Of a stretch of DNA of 64,000 nucleotides, positions 19,806-27,807 are shown one piece after another. The stretch comes from an uncultured Caryophanaceae bacterium (lineage in GTDB: Bacteria > Bacillota > Bacilli > Bacillales_A > Planococcaceae). The DNA lies in contig CAWJLH010000011.1 of assembly GCA_963843665.1 (NCBI GenBank), forward strand, positions 33,677-97,676. The letters are read 5' to 3'. The position numbers and the translations under genes were made by a program. Position 1 is the stretch's first letter. Every line of letters starts with the position of its first letter. The notes under the pieces were generated by a model. It saw only the letters and a program-made list of their open reading frames with translations, had not been told where the DNA came from and did not search any database.

Positions 19806-20570
19806 ATGGATAAGCTAAAAAGAAAGTTAACACAAGAGCTGCAACAGGATTTTAATGTGAAAATCTTGGATTCCATGTCATGGAGCTTGCCTGTCCATTC
19901 GATTGAAATTGCATTTCAGACAGTGATGCGGACGAAAATGGATATTCTAATGAAAATGATGCTGATTTCTTTTCAAAAAGGGAAGATATCGACTGCTGAA
20001 GTGCTTAGCGAATTGCTCCTGGTTGAACCGCTTTTTATCGAAGATTTAATCCGTAAAATGACAAGTGCCCGGATGATTGAAAAAAACGATGGGCATTTCA
20101 ATTTGACAGGCACAGGCATGCAACAGCTTGAATCAGGGATTTTTATACATGAACCGGAAAACGATATGAAAAATGCGCTCTATAGCCCATGCCACCAGTC
20201 ATTTCTGCACGGAAACCCAGAGAGCTTAGCAGCTGAAGTGAAAGAAGTGTATCGCCATCACGCTGAATTTAATGACGATTGGAAGGTTGAACTCGTTGAG
20301 AAAACCGATTTACTGAATGCGCTTCAATCATTGGGCGTGGATTCTGCGGAGGGGAATGTGCAGATTGTAATTGCCGACATTGTCTCGGCAACTGCCGTTC
20401 AAACTGATTGGGTGCCTTGCATTGAATTCCGGTTGTATAACGAAGCGGAAGACTTACTTTTCGCACGCGTTTGGAATACGTTGACGGAGCAATGGGATGA
20501 AAGGCTTGAAAGCCAACTAAATGACAAAGAACGGAAAGTGTGGCGTGAGAATTACTTGGAAAAAGAATAA
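19806..20570 (+). CDS. Hypothetical protein with predicted N-terminal winged-helix (helicase partner)
   Basis: Starts 18 bp after the helicase stop with RBS GGGGGG. Segment EVLSELLLVEPLFIEDLIRKM...MIEK.DG.FNLT..G looks like a winged helix. Confidence 0.75.
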   Translation: MDKLKRKLTQELQQDFNVKILDSMSWSLPVHSIEIAFQTVMRTKMDILMKMMLISFQKGKISTAEVLSELLLVEPLFIEDLIRKMTSARMIEKNDGHFNLTGTGMQQLESGIFIHEPENDMKNALYSPCHQSFLHGNPESLAAEVKEVYRHHAEFNDDWKVELVEKTDLLNALQSLGVDSAEGNVQIVIADIVSATAVQTDWVPCIEFRLYNEAEDLLFARVWNTLTEQWDERLESQLNDKERKVWRENYLEKE

Positions 20571-20588
20571 AAGCCAACCTGTAAATAT

Positions 20589-20626
20589 AGCCCCCTTAAA
20601 CTAGTAGGTTTAAGGGGGCTTCTTTG
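20589..20626 (+). terminator. Intrinsic terminator closing the helicase operon
   Basis: AGCCCCCTTAAAC-tagtag-GTTTAAGGGGGCT followed by TCTTTG. Confidence 0.8.
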
Positions 20627-20745
20627 TGTACATGACTCGACTTTCACCCTGTATCAATCATAAGAAGGCGCTAATAGACTACAACTATAGAGATTAGCAG
20701 ATGGCTTAAAGTCTATTGACTAGAAAATAACCAGGGAGTGGGCGT

Positions 20746-22179
20746 ATGCCGGCACGTAAAGGAAAAGACTATATTAATCGGATTGACCAGCTGCAACCTA
20801 ATTTATGGATAGATGGTAAACTTGTGAAACATAAAATTTCCGAGCACGCTGCATTCAAAGGAATCATGAAAAGTCAGGCGGCATTATACGATATGCAGCA
20901 TGTTACCTCCTTAAAAGAGATCATGACGTATCTGTCACCGACTACAGGCCAGCGAGTGGGTGTGTCTTATTTACAGCCGAAAACAACAGAGGACCTTGTG
21001 AAAAGACGAGTGATGATTCAACAATGGGCGAAATCGAACAATGGCTTGATGGGGAGAAGTCCGGACTATATGAATACCGTCTTGATGGCGATGGCATCAT
21101 CTGCGGGTTTCCTAAAAGGGAAAGCGAACTGTTTTCCTGAGAACGTTCAATCATTCTATGAATATGTGCGTGAAAATGATCTCTCGATGACACATACATT
21201 TATCGATCCACAAGTGAATCGGACACAATTCTATTTCGAAGAGACCGATGAGCCGATTGCAGCAAAAGTGGTGGAGCGTAACGAAGAGGGAATTATCATC
21301 AAAGGTGCTCGTCTATTGGCAACGCAAGGAGGCATCACAGATGAAATCGTTGTGATTTCGGCGGGTGGGGTGGAGGAGAAAGCAACAGGCTATGCGTTTT
21401 CAATCCCTAGCAATAGTAACGGCTTGCGCTTTGTATGTCGGGAATCATTTGTAGGCGGCGACTCCGCATTTAACTATCCATTAAGTTCGCACTATGAAGA
21501 AATGGATACGATTGTCGTGTTCGACAATGTGTTGGTACCGTGGGAACGTGTATTTTATTTTGACAACATAGGCGTGGCCAATAGCTTCTTAAATGCTAGC
21601 TCGTTCTTACCTTTTACATTGCACCAGGTCGCTTCCAGACAAATCGTTAAAACCGAATTTGTGTTGGGCATTGTCCAATCCATTATTGAGACCATTAATA
21701 TCGCGGAGTACCAGCATGTCCAGGAGAAAGCTTCCGAAATCATTATTGCATTGGAATCGATGAAAGCATTAGTTATCAAATCGGAAGTCGAAGCTGAACT
21801 GGATGAATGGGGCTATATGCAACCCGATCGGATAACGTTGCAAGTCGCTAGTAATTACTTTCCGAGGATCTACCCGAAATTCACGGAAATCATTCAACTT
21901 TTAGGAGCAAGTGGCTTAATGTCTATCCCGACAGAAAACGCATTTCAGTCAACGATACGAAAAGATTTAAACCAGTATTTACAGGCGAAATCCACAAATG
22001 CTGAGGATCGTGTCAAGATTTTTCGTTTGGCATGGGATCTGACCATGAGTGCTTTCGGCACACGCGAAACGCTGTATGAACGATTTTTCTTTGGCGATCC
22101 AGTTAAACTGTCAGGGCAATTGTATCATGCTTATGATAAGGAGCCGTATGTGGCGCGAGTAAGGGATATGTTGGAGTGA
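20746..22179 (+). CDS. hpaB: 4-hydroxyphenylacetate 3-monooxygenase, oxygenase component
   Basis: G.MGRSPDYMN, HTFIDPQVNR, GARLLATQG, EEMD.IVVFDNVLVPWERVF and LYERFFFGDP. Confidence 0.9.
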   Translation: MPARKGKDYINRIDQLQPNLWIDGKLVKHKISEHAAFKGIMKSQAALYDMQHVTSLKEIMTYLSPTTGQRVGVSYLQPKTTEDLVKRRVMIQQWAKSNNGLMGRSPDYMNTVLMAMASSAGFLKGKANCFPENVQSFYEYVRENDLSMTHTFIDPQVNRTQFYFEETDEPIAAKVVERNEEGIIIKGARLLATQGGITDEIVVISAGGVEEKATGYAFSIPSNSNGLRFVCRESFVGGDSAFNYPLSSHYEEMDTIVVFDNVLVPWERVFYFDNIGVANSFLNASSFLPFTLHQVASRQIVKTEFVLGIVQSIIETINIAEYQHVQEKASEIIIALESMKALVIKSEVEAELDEWGYMQPDRITLQVASNYFPRIYPKFTEIIQLLGASGLMSIPTENAFQSTIRKDLNQYLQAKSTNAEDRVKIFRLAWDLTMSAFGTRETLYERFFFGDPVKLSGQLYHAYDKEPYVARVRDMLE

Positions 22180-22393
22180 AATTGGGTAGGTAATATGCGG
22201 TGGAAACCTAGAAAACTTGTCACAGTGTGAATAGGTTCAGAAGGTGGCAGACATTGCAAGAAACATGTTACTTCCAACAATCATTATTGTTGGAATTTTC
22301 ATGACTGCCACCTGTTTTTCTGCATTTGAACGAATTGTTTGTGTGAGCATAGTCTATAAAGAGTTTAGTTTAAATTGCGACGGAGGTAATTGA

Positions 22394-22885
22394 ATGATCA
22401 ACTTTCAATCTTTTAATGGGATCATTAGAATGATCAGTGATTTTCCGATTGGGCAAAGTGAAGTAAATGCAGGTTGCTATAAATTGATATCCGTTGATGA
22501 CGGGTATGGCAATGTGGTGAATTTCGTAATATCACCTACTACGTATTTTGTAGACCATGTCATGGTCAAGGTAGGGGATCGGGTAACGGGCTACTATGAT
22601 GCCAATGCACCTGTGCCACTCATCTACCCTCCGCAATATCAGGCACTTGTGATGGTGAAAGATAATCCTCATCAAAACGTGAAGGTAGATTATTTTAACA
22701 GCCAACTTATCAGTAGTGACGGTACGTTAAAATTGACTATTTCACCAAACACACTTCTTCTATTGGAAAATGGGCAAGCTTTTACAGGGAATCTTGCAAA
22801 TCGAAATCTGATTGTGATCTATGGTGCAAGTACAAGAAGCATACCAGCCCAAGCGACAGCATATAAAATTATCGTAATGTGCTAA
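22394..22885 (+). CDS. Conserved hypothetical protein
   Basis: RBS GGAGG; 163-aa beta-rich ORF; upstream CATAGTCTA resembles a sigmaK -10 element. Confidence 0.75.
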   Translation: MINFQSFNGIIRMISDFPIGQSEVNAGCYKLISVDDGYGNVVNFVISPTTYFVDHVMVKVGDRVTGYYDANAPVPLIYPPQYQALVMVKDNPHQNVKVDYFNSQLISSDGTLKLTISPNTLLLLENGQAFTGNLANRNLIVIYGASTRSIPAQATAYKIIVMC

Positions 22886-23008
22886 CTGTTTGATAATAGA
22901 TGTTTAAAACAATATCTGCCGAGATTGTGAAGAGGCTGTTGAAAGGGCAGGCAGTTAATAAAATGGCCTCTTCAAGATCTGGGCGCTTGCGTTCCAAACA
23001 ATTACCAT

Positions 23009-23089
23009 TCACTGCATGACAATTGTTACGATGATGCCAATGACAATTCCGACGAATACGGTTGCTCCATATATCAATACGCGCTTCAA
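23009..23089 (-). CDS. Putative 26-aa single-TM small protein
   Basis: RBS GAGGGG, 8 nt, TTG start; MKRVLIYGATVFVGIVIGIIVTIVMQ; downstream hairpin. Confidence 0.55.
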   Translation of the reverse strand: MKRVLIYGATVFVGIVIGIIVTIVMQ

Positions 23090-23371
23090 TTCGCCATCCC
23101 CTCATTTAGTTATTACTTGTAGTTTATTGATGAGAGGCCAAACATATTCGGTTAAATAAGAGACAAGCAAAAAAGAGTTATGGAACTAGCGGCCGTCTCT
23201 GTTTCTCTTTTCTGAATTCTTTTCAAACGTAAATATTGATATTCGATACCTACCAAAAAACGAGTAAACAATTGTGAGGTGGAAGGTTGAGCAAAGCGTT
23301 TAGTAACCTACTAAAACATATCGGCAATTTGTCGCATACAGAAGAAAGAGTGTTTCAATGGGGGAAACGCT

Positions 23372-23467
23372 ATGTTGAAACTTCTTTCTCTGTCAGTGAT
23401 CGTCTTACTAGTTACAATACTTTATTTTAAAAGCAACATTAAAATTTGCAGAGCTTTTCTAAATTGA
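23372..23467 (+). CDS. Putative 31-aa hydrophobic small protein
   Basis: RBS GGGGG, ATG start; MLKLLSLSVIVLLVTILYFKSNIKICRAFLN. Confidence 0.4.
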   Translation: MLKLLSLSVIVLLVTILYFKSNIKICRAFLN

Positions 23468-23539
23468 CGTTTTTTATCCTCGTACACACACATAAATCCA
23501 TTTACATGTGGAAGGCTATCGTTATGTGGAGGTGTATAT

Positions 23540-24901
23540 ATGGGGAAGAAAAAAGCAGATGGCGAGGACGAAATAGCGAGCCTTGCCTGGTGGCAATTAT
23601 CCCTAATCGGAGTAGGCTGTATAATTGGTACGGGATTTTTCCTGGCTTCAAGTATTGCGATTAAAATGACAGGACCCTCTGTAATTCTGGCCTTTATAAT
23701 GGCCGCGACTGCAACGTATATCGTGTTTGAAGCATTAGCGAAAATGTCCGCAGATGATCCACAGAAGGGGTCTTTCCGGACGTATGCCAAAAAAGCATAT
23801 GGACGTTGGGCTGGTTTTAGCAGTGGGTGGGTTTACTGGTGTTCCGAAATATTGATCATTGGTAGTCAACTTACAGCAATCTCGCTCTTGTCTAAATTTT
23901 GGTTTCCGGATGTAAAACTATGGATTTTTGCATCAATCTATGCCGTTTGCGGCCTAATTGTTCTGTTTATCGGTGCAAAAGCTTTCGGGAAGCTGGAAAG
24001 CATCTATGCGGTGATGAAAATTGCCGCGATTTTTATGTTTATTGTGATTGCTATATTAGCACTGACCGGGGTACTCGATGGAAATCCAAAGGAAGGAGTT
24101 CCTCAGTCTTTTGCCGAGTTTTTTCCAAAAGGAGTCATCGGGTTTTGGAGTGCCCTTATCTTTGCCTTTTTTGCGCATGGCGGAATTGAAGTGATGGGCG
24201 TAATGGCCATCCATCTAAAGAACAAAGAAGACGCTCCTAAATCAGGAAAAGTGATGCTAGGGCTACTTGCTGTCATTTACGTTACCTCGCTTTCATTGGC
24301 GCTATTACTGTTGCCTTATGATAAGTTCAGGGAGAATAAAAGCCCATTCGTTGAGGCTTTAGCAGGTGTGGGTGATATTGCGTTTTTCCCGCATGTATTT
24401 ACTGCTGCCATTATTATTGCCGGGTTTTCAACGATGTCTGCATCCCTTTTTTCGGTAACCACGATACTTGTGACAATATCTGAAGATGGGGATGCCCCTA
24501 AAATATTCAGTAAGCAAACGAAAAAGAAATTTAAAATGCCCTTACCGGCGATTATGCTGACTGCAAGCGGGCTTGTTCTTTCCATTGTCACTTCACTATT
24601 ATTGCCTGACAAAGTATACGAATATATAACGACTGCAGCGGCATTAATGCTGCTTTATAATTGGCTGTTCATTTTAACCATGTACCACAGGTTGATTGAA
24701 CCGACAACTGCAGATCAAGTCAAAAGAATCATTGGAATGTTTCTGGTCGTTGCAGCTGTCAGCGGTACGCTTGTTCATAAAACCAGTCGACCCGGCTTTT
24801 TTATCAGTCTAGTATTCCTGGCAGTAATCGGGGGAATTATTTTATTATTACGGAAAAAATGGAAAAAAGAAGAGACTCAAAAAAGTGCGTCAAAAGCCTG
24901 A
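23540..24901 (+). CDS. Amino acid permease (APC family)
   Basis: GCIIGTGFF, GSF..YA..AYG.WAGF..GW.YW and about 12 TM helices. Confidence 0.92.
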   Translation: MGKKKADGEDEIASLAWWQLSLIGVGCIIGTGFFLASSIAIKMTGPSVILAFIMAATATYIVFEALAKMSADDPQKGSFRTYAKKAYGRWAGFSSGWVYWCSEILIIGSQLTAISLLSKFWFPDVKLWIFASIYAVCGLIVLFIGAKAFGKLESIYAVMKIAAIFMFIVIAILALTGVLDGNPKEGVPQSFAEFFPKGVIGFWSALIFAFFAHGGIEVMGVMAIHLKNKEDAPKSGKVMLGLLAVIYVTSLSLALLLLPYDKFRENKSPFVEALAGVGDIAFFPHVFTAAIIIAGFSTMSASLFSVTTILVTISEDGDAPKIFSKQTKKKFKMPLPAIMLTASGLVLSIVTSLLLPDKVYEYITTAAALMLLYNWLFILTMYHRLIEPTTADQVKRIIGMFLVVAAVSGTLVHKTSRPGFFISLVFLAVIGGIILLLRKKWKKEETQKSASKA

Positions 24902-25503
24902 ATACCAAAGTATATTCCGAAACCTATAACTGATACGGAAGAAACAATGGAGATAATCTTCAGGAACTTGATAGATAATAATTTGCGGGCAACACTCGAT
25001 ATCGTAGCCATTGAAGTATCCCAAAGAATGATACCGACTATGATGGCCACGCTGTTAATAAAGATTTGATTCCCTGAAAAGGTTACGGTGGTTTCAGCAA
25101 GAACCGAACCATAAATCCCGAGCCAAAATAGAATCGTCAATGGATTCAATAATGACATGAAAAATCCTGCTGTAAACGAACGTGTTAGCTGAACCTTTTT
25201 ACCGGATTTCAAATCCAATGTAATTTTATGTAGCGTAAGCAAACCTTCAACGCCCGTATATGTAAGAACGAAACAACCAAATGACCATAGAATTATTTTA
25301 ACGAGAGGGAACTCAATAATTTGACCAATCCCTAAATACACCATCATCATATACACCACGTCCGCTAATAAAGCACCTATGCCCAAAATCCAGGCATGTG
25401 AAAATCCGTTCTTAATACCTGTATTAAGTAGTGCAGCGTTTACAGGGCCAATTGGCGCAGCTAAGGATACGCCTAAAAAGATGTAGGCAACAATTGAATT
25501 CAT
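24877..25503 (-). CDS. LysE family translocator (copy 1)
   Basis: LGVSLAAPIGPVN and SLLNPLTILFW. Confidence 0.92.
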   Translation of the reverse strand: MNSIVAYIFLGVSLAAPIGPVNAALLNTGIKNGFSHAWILGIGALLADVVYMMMVYLGIGQIIEFPLVKIILWSFGCFVLTYTGVEGLLTLHKITLDLKSGKKVQLTRSFTAGFFMSLLNPLTILFWLGIYGSVLAETTVTFSGNQIFINSVAIIVGIILWDTSMATISSVARKLLSIKFLKIISIVSSVSVIGFGIYFGIQAFDALF

Positions 25504-25656
25504 GTATAATTCCTCCCTTTAAATGATGTCCTTGCATCTTATTCAAAGGGAGTTACTTGTACAACTATACAAAGGGAAAAATTCTAAAGAAAAAATTCGA
25601 AAGTATACTCTTAATTTCAAAAAGGCGAGTTCAGCATAACGCTGAACTGGCCTTAT

Positions 25657-26889
25657 TTAGGCGGTTTTATTTGATTCTTCAATCTCCTCGACTTTAATGC
25701 ATTTAAAGACAATGAATAACAGGATTGCGCCGAGTACACCTGCTATGATGTAGCTGGCGTTCAAAAAACTCTTCATAGCGAGTGACATGATAGGGGGACC
25801 AGCTGCAACACCAATAAATCTGGCCGAGCTATAAAAGGAAGAGACTGTTCCTCTTAATTCTTTTTCAATATTCTCTGTTATTATGGCGTCAAGTGCGGGC
25901 AATAATGCGCCAATCGCTATTCCCACTATGCTCGTTACCACCAACAGAAGGATTAGTTTCTTGCTTGTGAATCCGACGAAAATGACACTGATGGACATTG
26001 CGATCAAGCAGATTATCATATACTTTTTAATCGTCTTCAAATTCCCTTTAATTGTTCGGCCGGAAATAAAAGAAGCAATACAGAGTAACAAAAGCGGGAT
26101 GGCCAGGACGAAACCTTTCTTAACGCCCTTGATATCATGAACTTTTTCAAGATTTTCCGATAAGAAAAATAACATACTGAATAAGATCAACATAACAAGG
26201 ACTCCATTTAGAAATACGGTATACAACCATTTTCCTTCTTTTTTAAATACTTTTTTTGTGTTACTTAAAAACTCTTTAAACTTCACTGGCTCATCTTTTT
26301 CTTTTGGAACTTTAACAAAGAAAAAAATGAGAGCGATGGAAATTAAACTGAGTGCTGAGATAGAGAAGAAAGGCAGAAACCATAAGATTGCGGCAAATAC
26401 TGAACCCAGGATGGGGCTTAACACTTTTCCAAAGGTATTCGATGTTTCAATAATGCCTAGACAAGAACTGGACTTTTCAGCGTCATCTTTATAGAGGTCT
26501 CCTACGAGCGGCAAAACAATTGGCATGGCACCAGCCGCCCCAACTCCCTGCAGGATTCTTCCAGCGATAATCATCATATAGGGTTCGTCCATTTTCCAGG
26601 AGGCAAACCCGGCAATCAGACCCCCTATCAACGCAAGGATTAGACTTGGCAATATCACCTTTTTCCTCCCGAATCGATCCGATAAATAACCGGCTACTGG
26701 TATAAGAAAAATAGCTGCAACTGAATAACTTGTTATGATCATACTGGATTGGAAGGAGGTGATTCCAACCTTATCTTCCAGTATCGGAAGGACCGGGATG
26801 AGCATGGAGTTCCCGAGTGTCATGACGAGAGGGACTGAAGCCAAGCTTACAACACACCATACACTTACCTTATCTGCACTTTTTTCCAT
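25657..26889 (-). CDS. MFS transporter
   Basis: Motif A GYLSDRFGRK, GRILQG.G and 12 TM helices; ATG after GAGGTG. Confidence 0.92.
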   Translation of the reverse strand: MEKSADKVSVWCVVSLASVPLVMTLGNSMLIPVLPILEDKVGITSFQSSMIITSYSVAAIFLIPVAGYLSDRFGRKKVILPSLILALIGGLIAGFASWKMDEPYMMIIAGRILQGVGAAGAMPIVLPLVGDLYKDDAEKSSSCLGIIETSNTFGKVLSPILGSVFAAILWFLPFFSISALSLISIALIFFFVKVPKEKDEPVKFKEFLSNTKKVFKKEGKWLYTVFLNGVLVMLILFSMLFFLSENLEKVHDIKGVKKGFVLAIPLLLLCIASFISGRTIKGNLKTIKKYMIICLIAMSISVIFVGFTSKKLILLLVVTSIVGIAIGALLPALDAIITENIEKELRGTVSSFYSSARFIGVAAGPPIMSLAMKSFLNASYIIAGVLGAILLFIVFKCIKVEEIEESNKTA

Positions 26890-27006
26890 TACCACACCTC
26901 GACTAATCCTAATTTTAATGGTCAAAGGTATGGTTTCCTAGCATGTTCTTTTTATGCGTTAAATGTGTTTTCTGAATCCCTTTGCTTCTCGTGAATCGCC
27001 GGCACA

Positions 27007-27633
27007 TCAAAAAAGCGCTTGATATGCCTGAATGCCAAAGTAGATGCCGAACCCAATCATCGAAATCGATGAAACAATGGAGACTCCTTTCAAAAACTTG
27101 TTGGATAATAATTTCCGCGCTCCGCCGGATAGAAAAGACATTATGAAATCGACCATACTAATGCCTAACAAAATGGCCGCACTATTCAAAATAAGTTGAA
27201 ATTCTGTAGAGACTCCAGCATTATTCGCAAGGATGGATCCATAGATTCCCAACCAAAAAAGGATGGTAAGTGGATTCAACAACGACATTAAGAAACCAGA
27301 TAGAATGGATTTTCTAAGGCGGACTCTTTTTCGGGATTTCAATCTCATCTCAATTTTTTGTTGGGAAAGTATATTTTCTATACCCGTATATAAGAGTACA
27401 AAACAGCCGAATGACCATAATATTATTTTCAATAAAGGTGATTCAACAAATTGACCTACACCAAAATAAACAATAAGCATATACATGATGTCTGTTGTTA
27501 ATGAACCGAGACTAAAAAACCAGGCATGAAAAAAACCATTTTTTAGACCCGTGTTTAATAGGACGGTCTTAACAGGTCCAATCGGTGCTGCCATAGATAC
27601 TCCTAATAAGATATAGGCAAATATAGAATTCAT
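27007..27633 (-). CDS. LysE family translocator (copy 2)
   Basis: LGVSMAAPIGPV and SLLNPLTILFW; close paralog of copy 1. Confidence 0.92.
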   Translation of the reverse strand: MNSIFAYILLGVSMAAPIGPVKTVLLNTGLKNGFFHAWFFSLGSLTTDIMYMLIVYFGVGQFVESPLLKIILWSFGCFVLLYTGIENILSQQKIEMRLKSRKRVRLRKSILSGFLMSLLNPLTILFWLGIYGSILANNAGVSTEFQLILNSAAILLGISMVDFIMSFLSGGARKLLSNKFLKGVSIVSSISMIGFGIYFGIQAYQALF

Positions 27634-27807
27634 GTATCGTCCTCCACTCAAATGACATCACTGCATTTTATTCAACGTGAACGACTTATACGACTAGTTG
27701 GAGAAGAATCCGGGATGATAGTTGAGTCGAAGGAAACCCGAACTATGGCCTTGACACCGATTAGATTACTTTCTTCCTTTTGATTATTATGCAAAGTCGT
27801 ATTCGCA

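Noticed and set aside
22869-23105. 78-aa Cys/His-containing ORF from the track
   Set aside because: Its ATG overlaps the RBS of the better-supported 26-aa ORF in another frame; it has no RBS of its own and overlaps the convergent gene.
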